From: Candidatus Aenigmatarchaeota archaeon
GTDB lineage: Archaea; Aenigmatarchaeota; Aenigmatarchaeia; CG10238-14; SCSR01
Reading direction: 5' to 3'
Length of the DNA stretch: 31,635 nt
Assembly: GCA_030616125.1 (NCBI GenBank)
Contig: JAUWXZ010000001.1
Coordinates: 1 to 31,635 of the forward strand
Numbering within the stretch: the stretch's first letter is position 1; every line of letters starts with the position of its first letter. Under the pieces are notes generated by a model. It was given only the letters and a program-made list of their open reading frames with translations, was not told where the DNA came from and did not search any database. The position numbers were made by a program, and so were the translations under genes. Shown here piece by piece: positions 15,616 through 24,473 of this stretch.

Positions 15616-15800
15616 TTTTCCACTTTTTAGTGTTTTGTAATTCTAAAACTTAAACTTAAATTTTTAACGCCAATTTAAACAATATCCTTAAATGTGTAAC
15701 ACTTTATTTTTTTTAGTAGTGATAGGATGAGCTTAGAAAATCCATTAAACAAGTTTAATTTACCTAAAACTTAATTTCTTTAAGGTAATTTAGTGATTAA

Positions 15801-17063
15801 ATGATTAGATTGAGCTTTCTAGGCGCAATGAATACGGTTGGCTGTTCAGCAGTTTTAGTAGAAACTGGAACAGAAAAAATCTTGCTAGATCATGGAACAA
15901 AAATTCAAGAAACGCCCCCAAAATTTCCTCTGCCTATAGAAGGAAAGCCAGACGCAATTTTGTTATCCCACTGCCATCTGGATCATTCAGGTTCAATTCC
16001 GATATTCTTTACTCAAGGGAATTCTTGTCCAGTTTATTTAATAAGTGTGACAAGACCTTTAGTAGAATTGCTTTTACTCGATTCGATAAAAATTAGTAGA
16101 GAGGAAGGAATCGAATTACCTTTTAAAAAGGAAGATCTTAAAAATACAATTGCAAATTTTTCATCAGTAAATTATCGAGTTCCATTTAAAATCGGAAAAA
16201 CAGAAGTCACTTGTTATGATGCGGGCCACCTTCCCGGTTCGATGATGCCTCTGTTAAATTTTGGGAATAAGAAATTACTTTATACTGGAGACTTAAAAAC
16301 AACTGAGACTCGTTTGCTTAAAAAAGCAGATTTGGATTTACCAAATGTTAATGTAGTGATAACTGAAAGTACTTATTCGGATCGTGAGCATCCTGATAGG
16401 AAAGACCAAGAGAAAGAATTGGTTAGAATAGTAAACGATACTTTAGCAGTGGACGGTATTTGTTTGATTGCTGGGTTTGCAGTTGGAAGAATAGACGAGC
16501 TTTTACTCATATTAGACCATTACGGAATAGATTATCCTCTCTATATAGACGGAATGGCAAAAAAAGCAATAACAATAATTAACCAACATAAAAATTTGCT
16601 CAGAAATCCAGATAGTTTGGATAAAGCCTTAGAAAAAGTTCAGTATGTGAGAAAAGAAAAAATGAGAAGTAAAATCATCAGAAATCCTGGTGTTATTTTA
16701 ACAACTTCTGGTATGTTATCTGGTGGACCGATCGTATACTATTTGAAAAAATTATATGACGATAGGAATTGTAGTTTAGTTCTGTCTGGATTCCAGGTTG
16801 AAGGAACTCCTGGAAAAACTTTGTTAGAAACAGGTCGCTATATTACAAATGATTTAAATCTAGACCTTAAAATGTTTGTTCGTAAACTCGATTTTTCAAG
16901 TCATGCTGGAAGATCGGAGTTGTTTAAATTTATCAGAAAAGTAAATCCAGAAAAAGTTTTTTGTATTCATGGGGATCATACTCAAGAGTTTGCCTCTGAA
17001 CTGAAAGAAAAGGGCTTTGATGCTGTTGCACCTTTAGCGAACAACAGAATATTTGAGATTTAA
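15801..17063 (+). CDS. MBL-fold beta-CASP ribonuclease (aCPSF2-like, no KH domains)
   Basis: HCHLDHSG, AGHLPGS, YTGD, ESTY, FAVGR, TTSGML, FSSHAG and IHGD motifs. Confidence 0.92.
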   Translation: MIRLSFLGAMNTVGCSAVLVETGTEKILLDHGTKIQETPPKFPLPIEGKPDAILLSHCHLDHSGSIPIFFTQGNSCPVYLISVTRPLVELLLLDSIKISREEGIELPFKKEDLKNTIANFSSVNYRVPFKIGKTEVTCYDAGHLPGSMMPLLNFGNKKLLYTGDLKTTETRLLKKADLDLPNVNVVITESTYSDREHPDRKDQEKELVRIVNDTLAVDGICLIAGFAVGRIDELLLILDHYGIDYPLYIDGMAKKAITIINQHKNLLRNPDSLDKALEKVQYVRKEKMRSKIIRNPGVILTTSGMLSGGPIVYYLKKLYDDRNCSLVLSGFQVEGTPGKTLLETGRYITNDLNLDLKMFVRKLDFSSHAGRSELFKFIRKVNPEKVFCIHGDHTQEFASELKEKGFDAVAPLANNRIFEI

Positions 17064-17156
17064 AACTACTTTTATTAAACTCCAAAGTGTTTTTCTCTCT
17101 TCCTCTAATTTTCTGGCACCTTACGATACTATAAAAATTACCCTTTGGTAGTAACA

Positions 17157-17164
17157 TTTAAATA
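17157..17164 (+). promoter_or_regulatory. Putative TATA box for the 17187 operon (leaderless geometry)
   Basis: TTTAAATA at -30 to -23 from ATG 17187. Confidence 0.5.
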
Positions 17165-17186
17165 ATTATCACTCTTTAATAGTAAC

Positions 17187-17459
17187 ATGCAAATTGAACA
17201 TCAGATAAAGATATGTTCACACCATTATCAAAAATGGAAATCCTTAGCTTTATCCGCTCACACAATAGAACAAGCCGGAAATTTTCTTGAAAAGGCCTTT
17301 TTTTGGTTGGAATTGCAAACTGCGTTTATCACTTTATTTACAATAGAACAGTCAAAAGGAAATGATTTAAAAGTTTCACAAAAAATAATTCTTGCTAAGA
17401 CAAATTTGTCTAAAAAATTGACTGATTATGCAGAAAAAATTTTAGATGAAATAAAGTGA
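17187..17459 (+). CDS. Hypothetical helical protein
   Basis: 90-aa ORF with an upstream TATA box and a GTGA overlap with the next ORF. Confidence 0.65.
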   Translation: MQIEHQIKICSHHYQKWKSLALSAHTIEQAGNFLEKAFFWLELQTAFITLFTIEQSKGNDLKVSQKIILAKTNLSKKLTDYAEKILDEIK

Positions 17460-17677
17460 TAAAACTGAGATTAATAGGTATATTAGAAATTATAGGATTG
17501 ATATTTTTGATCAGTTTTGCCCTTATGGGAACTGTTACTTTAGCTTTGATGTCGCAAAGCAATGTTATTGCGTGGACTGAACCAAATTTGATTATAAGGC
17601 TAATAGAATTGTTTGGGGGAGTTTTTGGGATTATAATTGCAACAAAAATTATTTTGAATAAGATCCACCTTTCTTAA
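17456..17677 (+). CDS. Small hypothetical membrane protein (2 TM)
   Basis: 73 aa, GTG start, two hydrophobic stretches. Confidence 0.6.
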   Translation: MIKLRLIGILEIIGLIFLISFALMGTVTLALMSQSNVIAWTEPNLIIRLIELFGGVFGIIIATKIILNKIHLS

Positions 17678-17709
17678 GAGTTATTTTATTCAAAATCTAA
17701 TTCTAATTG

Positions 17710-18954
17710 ATGAGAAAAAAGAAAAAACTAAGATATAGAAAGAAAAGGTTTAAAATTGCTAGAAAGAGAAAAAAACTCAAAACCCAAAGGAAAGTTATTT
17801 TCCTAGTAATTGATGGTTTAGCTGATTTACCAATTAATGGAAAAACTCCTTTATCTCAAGCAAGAAAACCAAATTTAGATTATTTGGCAGAGAATGGTAT
17901 AACTGGCGAGCTGAAATTAGTTCCAAAGAAGATGTTGGTAGCAAGTCATATAGCCAATATCGCTTTACTCGGTTATGACCCTAAGAGATATCATTTAAAA
18001 AGGGGCCCTTTAGAAGCAGTTGGGTCAAACTTGCCCTATCGCCAAGGGCATTTGGCTGTGAGATGCAACTTTGCAACCGTGGATAGAAATTTAACCGTGC
18101 TGGACAGAAGAGCTGGAAGAAATTCTCTGGGCTTGGACGAAATTGCAAGGTATGTTAATGAGAATGTTGATATTGGTGTTAAACACATTTTCATAAGAAC
18201 TCACGGTCACAGAGCAGTTTTGATAATAAAAAAAGATTTGAGTGATGAAATTACAAACAATGACCCACATGCTAGTTGGTTAAAAGTTAAAAGAATTGAA
18301 GCCCTTAAACCTACAGCAGAAAAATCTGCCAAACTTGTGCAGGAGTTTGTTGATAAAGCAAGGCAGGTAATGGAATTTCATCCAGCAAACGAGAATAGAA
18401 TTAAACACGGAATACCTTCGGCAAATTATATTTTGACAAGAGAAGCTGGAAACAAATTACCAAGATTAAAAAATTTTATTGAAAGACAAAAACTTAAGAA
18501 AGCCGTGTGTATTTCTGAAAATGGTGTGATGAAAGCTACTTGTATGCTTGTAGGATTCGACTCTGTTACCATTCCTGAACTTAAATTTGAACCAAGCTTG
18601 CGATTTATTTTTGATAACATCAACAATTTAATTTCTGAATATGATTTTGTCTATGCTCATATCAAAGGTCCAGATGAGCCTGCCCATGATGGAAATTTTT
18701 ATAAAAAACTTGAGATGATAGAAGAGATTGACAGAAAATTAGAAGCCTTCAAAGATTTTAATGGTATTTTGGTTGTCACCTGTGACCATATTACTTCTTG
18801 CAAACTAAGGGCTCATGCATATGGGCCAGTTCCCGTATTGGTCTTTGGGAAGGGCAAAGATAAGGTTAAAACGTGGAATGAATTTTCTGTGAAGAAAGGA
18901 AAACTTGGATTAATTACAGGTAAAGGGCTTTGGGAATTTGTTTTTGAGAAGTGA
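17710..18954 (+). CDS. apgM: Cofactor-independent phosphoglycerate mutase, archaeal type
   Basis: VIDGLAD, KTPLSQARKPNLD, ASHIANIALLGYDP, RCNFAT, KGPDEPAHDG, TCDH. Lies directly upstream of enolase. Confidence 0.92.
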   Translation: MRKKKKLRYRKKRFKIARKRKKLKTQRKVIFLVIDGLADLPINGKTPLSQARKPNLDYLAENGITGELKLVPKKMLVASHIANIALLGYDPKRYHLKRGPLEAVGSNLPYRQGHLAVRCNFATVDRNLTVLDRRAGRNSLGLDEIARYVNENVDIGVKHIFIRTHGHRAVLIIKKDLSDEITNNDPHASWLKVKRIEALKPTAEKSAKLVQEFVDKARQVMEFHPANENRIKHGIPSANYILTREAGNKLPRLKNFIERQKLKKAVCISENGVMKATCMLVGFDSVTIPELKFEPSLRFIFDNINNLISEYDFVYAHIKGPDEPAHDGNFYKKLEMIEEIDRKLEAFKDFNGILVVTCDHITSCKLRAHAYGPVPVLVFGKGKDKVKTWNEFSVKKGKLGLITGKGLWEFVFEK

Positions 18955-20111
18955 ATTGGATGGAAATTAAAAATTTAAAGCTCAGGGAGATTTTCGCAAC
19001 AAATTCTTTAAAAACAATTGAAATAGAACTAGAAACCTCTAAAGCTAAAGCAAGATCCTCAGTCCCTATAGGTACTAGCAGAGGCAAGTATGAAGTCGCT
19101 TGTTTGCCTACAGAAGATATAGTTAAAAATTTTTCAAAAGTCAAAAGCCATTTGGTAGATCATGAATTTGATGATCAAGCCGATTTTGATTCTACTTTAA
19201 GAATAATTGATAAAACTTCAAATTTGCGTGAGATTGGTGGGAATTTAGCTTTGGCTCTGTCTTCAGCTTTTTTTAAGGCTTCAGCTTTAGAAGAAGGAAA
19301 AGAAATTTTTGAATTTTTATCTCAAGAACCAAAAAACCCTTTACCAATATGTAATGTTGTTGGTGGATGGAAAGGACAAAGCGATATACAAGAATTTTTA
19401 CTTTTACCAACTTATCAAAAATCTTTTCTTAATTCAATGGAAAAAATTTCTCTAGCCTATCTGGAAATTGCACACAGATTAAAAAAACAAGACCATCAAT
19501 TCAAATTCGGTAAAAATCTAGAATCTGCCTGGGTCACAAGTTTAAATTTTGAAAAAGTTTTGGAGATTTTAACTCAAGCAATAAAAGAGAAAAATTTGGT
19601 AATAGGTTTAGATTTTGCAGCTTCTCAACTCTGGGACGAAAAAAAATATGTTTACTCTAATGGGGAATTATTGTCGACTCAACAACTTAGCCTAATAGAA
19701 GATTTAGTCGAAAAGTATCCGATTCAATTCCTAGAAGATCCTTTTCATGAAGATGATTTTATTTCTTTCTCAACTATAACTCATAGGTTACAAGAAAAAA
19801 TAATCTGTGGTGATGATTTATTTGCTACCAACTTGGACAGACTCAAAATTGGTATTAACTATAAAGCTATTAATTCGATTTTAATAAAACCAAATCAAGT
19901 TGGGACCATTACTGATGTGATAAATGTTGCAGAAGAAGCAAAGAAAAATAATTTAAAAACAGTCATGTCCCATCGTTCAGGAGAAACTGAGGATACCTTG
20001 ATTTGTCATCTAGCTATAGGCTTAGGATGCGATTACATAAAACTTGGAACTTCTGGTGAAAGAACTGTAAAAATAAACGAGATAATTAGACTAGAAGAAA
20101 AATTAAAATAG
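18951..20111 (+). CDS. eno: Enolase (short, divergent)
   Basis: IQEF, GLDFAAS, LEDPF, GDDLFATN, IKPNQVGTIT, SHRSGETED, YIKLG. Start is GTG 18951 or ATG 18960. Confidence 0.93.
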   Translation: MNWMEIKNLKLREIFATNSLKTIEIELETSKAKARSSVPIGTSRGKYEVACLPTEDIVKNFSKVKSHLVDHEFDDQADFDSTLRIIDKTSNLREIGGNLALALSSAFFKASALEEGKEIFEFLSQEPKNPLPICNVVGGWKGQSDIQEFLLLPTYQKSFLNSMEKISLAYLEIAHRLKKQDHQFKFGKNLESAWVTSLNFEKVLEILTQAIKEKNLVIGLDFAASQLWDEKKYVYSNGELLSTQQLSLIEDLVEKYPIQFLEDPFHEDDFISFSTITHRLQEKIICGDDLFATNLDRLKIGINYKAINSILIKPNQVGTITDVINVAEEAKKNNLKTVMSHRSGETEDTLICHLAIGLGCDYIKLGTSGERTVKINEIIRLEEKLK

Positions 20112-20158
20112 GTTCTTAATTTATTGTTAGAATACAAAAAAACTTAAACTTCAAAGTT

Positions 20159-20686
20159 TTATTTTTCCCAAACCTTTTTCTCTAATTCTATATATTCCTT
20201 ATGTCTTTTTTCTACTGTTTTCAAAGTTCGCTGAATTCTTTCGTGTCTTTTGGCTAGTTCTTCTGGAATTGTTAAATTGTTCTTAGAATAATAATCGTAA
20301 ATTGCTTCGCTCAGAGCATCACTTGCTAAAATTGAACAATGGATTTTTATTGGTGGTAAACCCCCTAAAGCTTTTGAAACATCTTTTCTTGAAATTTTCA
20401 TTGCTTCCTCCAAAGTCTTACCTTTTGCTAGACTTGTTATCATACTGCTTGTAGCTATTGCTGCAACGCAACCAAAAGTTTCAAATTTTATGTCAGAAAT
20501 CTTTTTCTTTTTAGTTTTTTTATCTTCTTTTACTTTGATGTAAACCCACATCACATCTCCACATATCGGATTACCTACTTTTCCTATTCCGTCAGGCCTT
20601 TTCATTCTACCCATGTTATGTGGTTTCTTGAAATGTTTTATCACTTCTTTTGAATACAAATCAAAATAAGGTTTCGTCTTTTTCAC
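20159..20686 (-). CDS. iscU: IscU/NifU Fe-S cluster scaffold with C-terminal helical extension
   Basis: HFKKPHNMG, GNPICGDVM, FETFGCVAAIA and KIHCS supply the three conserved Cys. Confidence 0.95.
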   Translation of the reverse strand: MKKTKPYFDLYSKEVIKHFKKPHNMGRMKRPDGIGKVGNPICGDVMWVYIKVKEDKKTKKKKISDIKFETFGCVAAIATSSMITSLAKGKTLEEAMKISRKDVSKALGGLPPIKIHCSILASDALSEAIYDYYSKNNLTIPEELAKRHERIQRTLKTVEKRHKEYIELEKKVWEK

Positions 20687-20696
20687 CTGAATTTGA

Positions 20697-21062
20697 TCAT
20701 TCTACTGTACATACTGGACCCGGACAAGATGGAGATGTTAAGAAATTTATTAACAATATAAACAAAAATATCGAAAGTGTTGTGAACACTATCCCGACCA
20801 CTATCAAGGTTATGTTAAATTTTCTTTCATCATAAAGGAATTTTCCTATAGATGGCATGCCTTTTTCAGAAAACCACATAGATACAGCATGTCTCATCCT
20901 GCTGTCGAATGAAGCCACACACTTCCTGCGTCTAATTTTATCCAAAAAACAGCGCCATCCTTCTTTTATATAACCTCTGTATTTTGGGAAGAAGATGCTC
21001 AGTATAGCAAAATAGCTAATCAAAACAAGGCATGGGATGCAAAACAGAACCACTTTTTTCAC
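20697..21062 (-). CDS. Hypothetical Cys-containing membrane protein
   Basis: 121 aa with two hydrophobic segments, CIPC near the N-terminus and CPGPVC at the C-terminus. Abuts iscS with no gap. Confidence 0.7.
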   Translation of the reverse strand: MKKVVLFCIPCLVLISYFAILSIFFPKYRGYIKEGWRCFLDKIRRRKCVASFDSRMRHAVSMWFSEKGMPSIGKFLYDERKFNITLIVVGIVFTTLSIFLFILLINFLTSPSCPGPVCTVE

Positions 21063-22217
21063 CTATTTCTTAAACGGACTTATCTTCCTTAGATTTTCTA
21101 CTATTCTTGGCAAAACCTCTAAAACATAATCTATGTCTGCATTTTTATTTTGTTTGCCTAAGGTTAATCTCAGGGAGCCATGGGCCTGCTCTGGCTTTAA
21201 ACCTATTACCATTAATACATGAGAGGGTTCTAAAGATTCGGAAGAACATGCAGAGCCAGTAGAGGCAGCTACTCCTTTCATGTCCAAGTGTAAAACTAAA
21301 GATTCCCCTTCGATAAAGGCAAACCAAAAATTAGTGTTATTTGGCAACCTTAATGTCGGATGTCCATTCAAATACGAATTATCAATTTTCAAAATACCTT
21401 CTATTAGTTTGTCTCTAAGCTTGCTTAACCTTTTAGCTTCCGAATCCATCTCTTTTTTTGCGATATCAACAACAGCACCAAAACCAACTATTCCCGCAAC
21501 GTTTACTGTAGAAGAACGTAAACCAAATTCATGTCCACCTCCATGCAACAGAGGGTCTAATTTTATTCCTTGCCTAACAAATAAAGTTCCTACCCCCTTC
21601 GGGCCATACATCTTATGAGCATTTGCTGTCAACATATCTATGTTCATTTTGTTCACATCGATTGGAATTTTTCCAAAACTCTGTGCAGCATCTGTATGGA
21701 AACATACATCATAGTCATGACAAACCTTTCCTATTTCTTTTATCGGCTCTATTGTACCTATCTCATTGTTTGCATGCATTATCGAAACGAGAATCGTATC
21801 TTTTCTAATATGGTCTTCCAATTGTTTTGGGTCTATCAAACCATACTTATCTACAGGTAAAAAAGTTACCTCAAATCCTTGTTTTTCAAGCCAATGGGCA
21901 GAATCTAAAACGCAATGATGCTCGATGGAAGAAATGATTATGTGCTTACCTTTTTTCTTATTTGCAAATGCAAATCCTTTCAAAGCCAAATTGTTGCTCT
22001 CAGTTGCAGAACCAGTAAATATTATATCATTTTTTTTCGCTCTGATTAAACTCGCAACTTTTTCTCTCGATTCTTCTAATGCTCTTTTTGCCTCTCTTCC
22101 AATGCTATACAAAGACATTGTGTTACCAAAGTTTGTCATGAAATAGGGTTTCATAGCTTCGAATGCTCTTGAGTCTACAGGTGTTGTTGCAGCATAATCC
22201 ATGTAAATCCTTCTCAT
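21063..22217 (-). CDS. iscS: Cysteine desulfurase IscS/NifS
   Basis: IYMDYAATT, GSATESNN, HTDAAQSFGK, NAHKMYGPKG (PLP Lys) and TGSACSS (catalytic Cys). ATG 22217 overlaps the upstream TGA and is preferred over TTG 22247. Confidence 0.96.
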   Translation of the reverse strand: MRRIYMDYAATTPVDSRAFEAMKPYFMTNFGNTMSLYSIGREAKRALEESREKVASLIRAKKNDIIFTGSATESNNLALKGFAFANKKKGKHIIISSIEHHCVLDSAHWLEKQGFEVTFLPVDKYGLIDPKQLEDHIRKDTILVSIMHANNEIGTIEPIKEIGKVCHDYDVCFHTDAAQSFGKIPIDVNKMNIDMLTANAHKMYGPKGVGTLFVRQGIKLDPLLHGGGHEFGLRSSTVNVAGIVGFGAVVDIAKKEMDSEAKRLSKLRDKLIEGILKIDNSYLNGHPTLRLPNNTNFWFAFIEGESLVLHLDMKGVAASTGSACSSESLEPSHVLMVIGLKPEQAHGSLRLTLGKQNKNADIDYVLEVLPRIVENLRKISPFKK

Positions 22218-22579
22218 TTTTTCACTTTTTTCATTTCTATTAAGCATAAGAATGGATGTAACTTCTTATCAGAAAAAATTTTTCCTTTTCTAGTTTCTTC
22301 ACAAACTTCACAAATTTTTTCATGAAATTTTATATCTCCAGAAGCAATTTCAGCTGCAATTTTCTTTGCTAAGATCATCAGATTTTCGTTTGAGGTTAAG
22401 AGTTTTACTTTAGTTCCTCTCAAACCACTTTTGTATTGGGAGACTGCAGGCTGAGTAATTCCTAGCTTTTTAGAAACTTCTTCTTGAGTCATTCTATAAG
22501 TTTCTAACAATTCCTTTGCTATAACTGCTCTCAAAGCTGGGAGAATCTCAGAAAATACTGCCTCGCAAAAAATTCTCAT
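22214..22579 (-). CDS. HTH transcriptional regulator (COG2522-like, Cys-containing)
   Basis: CEAVFSEILPALRAVIAKEL...TQEEVSKKLGITQPAVSQY plus a C-terminal CEVC. Confidence 0.85.
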   Translation of the reverse strand: MRIFCEAVFSEILPALRAVIAKELLETYRMTQEEVSKKLGITQPAVSQYKSGLRGTKVKLLTSNENLMILAKKIAAEIASGDIKFHEKICEVCEETRKGKIFSDKKLHPFLCLIEMKKVKK

Positions 22580-22601
22580 AGAAATATTTCAAGCTTTAAA
22601 G

Positions 22602-22624
22602 TATTTAAATATAACTATGTTATA
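22602..22624 (-). promoter_or_regulatory. TATA box with adjacent palindrome TATAAC-N3-GTTATA
   Basis: Palindrome at 22610-22624. TTTAAATA at 22609-22602 on the minus strand is -30 to -23 from ATG 22579. Confidence 0.6.
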
Positions 22625-22627
22625 ATT

Positions 22628-23044
22628 TTAAACTATTCGAGCTACTCTAGATAAGGGATGACCTTTAGCTTTTATTTCTAAAGTATTGAACCAACCGAAA
22701 GGAGTTCTGATAACTTCAAAATTTCTTTGAGTTAATTCTTTCTTAATCATTTCCAATACTTCTATAGCCACTTCTGGTTTACTTAATTCGGCAAAAAGAT
22801 GAGCAAACGAGTGAAGAACTATTGTTTTAATTTTAAGTTGATTTGCTAAATTTGCTATTTCTTCCATTGCTCTCTTTGAAATATCTTCCTTTTCATTTGC
22901 GTCTTTCTTCTCAACACTTGCAAATACAAGAAGTGATTCGTTTACACTTGTAATTTTTTGTTCAGGATTTTCAATAATTTTTGACCTACCTTTTTCAGTA
23001 ATAGTAGAAATAAAAGAATCAACATGGATCATGAGCATTCTCAT
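22628..23044 (-). CDS. Stand-alone archaeal ThrRS editing domain (DTD-like fold)
   Basis: MRMLMIHVD, LLVFASVEKKD, HSFAHL and PFGWFNTLEIKAKGHPLS match the archaeal ThrRS N-terminal editing domain. The ORF ends at 138 aa with no catalytic core. Confidence 0.88.
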   Translation of the reverse strand: MRMLMIHVDSFISTITEKGRSKIIENPEQKITSVNESLLVFASVEKKDANEKEDISKRAMEEIANLANQLKIKTIVLHSFAHLFAELSKPEVAIEVLEMIKKELTQRNFEVIRTPFGWFNTLEIKAKGHPLSRVARIV

Positions 23045-24462
23045 ATTTTTTTCACCCTAGGACCCTTAGGAGTATCTTCCAGCAAATAGCCAAGCTCTTT
23101 AATTTTTTTCCTTATTTCATCTGCAGTCTTAAAATCTTCTTTTTTTCTAGCTTCTTCTCTTTTTTTGATCAACTCTTCTATTTCTTTTGGAATTTTAATC
23201 TCTTTCTTAGAAGGAATTATTTGAAAGAATTCTGCCAACTCATAAATCATTTTTTCTGCTTCCCCTAAATCTTCTTTTGAAAATTTATTTTCATCGATTT
23301 GTTTGTTAACCAAAGAAAGAGTTTCGAAAAAACATGCTAATGCTAAAGGTGTGTTTATGTCGTCCGTCATAGCAGCAAGAAATCGTTCCCTTAATTTTTC
23401 TAGTTTGTTTATGAATGCTGGTTCTTTGTCTGTTGCCCTTTTAATGCTTTCTTCAATTCTTTCTAAGGTAGAAGAAATTTTTTCAACTTTTTTTCTAGCA
23501 ACTTCTAAATTTTTTTCATTATAGTCTAACGGCTTTCTGTATTTAGTAGAAGCGAATAATAATCTCAAAGTTTCTGCTCCATGTTTTTCCAATGCAACTT
23601 CTAGTCTTACAAAATTTCCCAAGGACTTACTCATTTTTGTCCCGTTTACAGTTAACAAACCTGTATGAATCCAATATTTCACATAAGGCTTTATTCCTGT
23701 TGTAGTTTCTGCTTGAGCAACTTCTGCTTCATGATGAGGAAAAGCTAATTCAATGGCCCCACCATGAATATCATACTGTGGACCAAAATATTTTATTGCT
23801 ATGGCTGTGTCTTCTATATGCCATCCAGGATACCCCCATTCACTCCAGGGTGAAGACCATTTAAGGATATGTTCTTTCGGGGCATTTATCCATAAAACGA
23901 AATCTCTTGGATTTTTTTTGTCTGGATTTATTTCAACTCTTGCTCCTGCAACCAATTCTTTTGAGACTCTTTTAGATAATTTTCCATAGTCTTTAAACTT
24001 TGAAACTTCAAAATAGACTGAGCCATTTGAAACATATGCGTATCCGTTTTTCAGAATTGTCTCAACTTGCTCTATTATTTCTTTTATATGTTCACTTGCT
24101 CTTGGCATTAAATCTGGCTTTAAAAGTCTAAGCTTTTCAATCATTTCTAACCAGTACTTCAAATAATATTCAGCGACTTCCATTGGATGCTTTCTTTCTT
24201 CTTCTGCTTTTTTTATTACTTTATCTTCGCCTGTGTCTAGTAGATGTCCTACATCTGTCACATTTTGAAGATAAGTAACCTCATAGCCTAAAAATCTTAG
24301 AAACCTTACCAAGGTATCATAGAAAGCATAAGTTCGAGCATGGCCTAGATGAGCATAATCATAAACTGTCATACCGCAAACAAACATCTTAACCTTTTTG
24401 TCTTTAAGAGATCTAAATTCTTCTTTTTTTCCTGTTAATGTATTGAAAACTCTTAAAGTCAT
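23041..24462 (-). CDS. cysS: Cysteinyl-tRNA synthetase
   Basis: MTLRVFNTLT start with RBS GTGA, VCGMTVYD, HLGHAR, PGWHIED, FPHHEAE, KMSKSLGN. The ORF-track N-terminal extension runs through the tRNA gene and is not used. Confidence 0.96.
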   Translation of the reverse strand: MTLRVFNTLTGKKEEFRSLKDKKVKMFVCGMTVYDYAHLGHARTYAFYDTLVRFLRFLGYEVTYLQNVTDVGHLLDTGEDKVIKKAEEERKHPMEVAEYYLKYWLEMIEKLRLLKPDLMPRASEHIKEIIEQVETILKNGYAYVSNGSVYFEVSKFKDYGKLSKRVSKELVAGARVEINPDKKNPRDFVLWINAPKEHILKWSSPWSEWGYPGWHIEDTAIAIKYFGPQYDIHGGAIELAFPHHEAEVAQAETTTGIKPYVKYWIHTGLLTVNGTKMSKSLGNFVRLEVALEKHGAETLRLLFASTKYRKPLDYNEKNLEVARKKVEKISSTLERIEESIKRATDKEPAFINKLEKLRERFLAAMTDDINTPLALACFFETLSLVNKQIDENKFSKEDLGEAEKMIYELAEFFQIIPSKKEIKIPKEIEELIKKREEARKKEDFKTADEIRKKIKELGYLLEDTPKGPRVKKI

Positions 24463-24473
24463 TTTATCACGAG

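Noticed and set aside
16933-17157. 74-aa minus-strand ORF and protein-like text in the 17064-17186 gap
   Set aside because: It overlaps the RNase 3' end, has no recognisable motif, and the alternative frame has no start codon.
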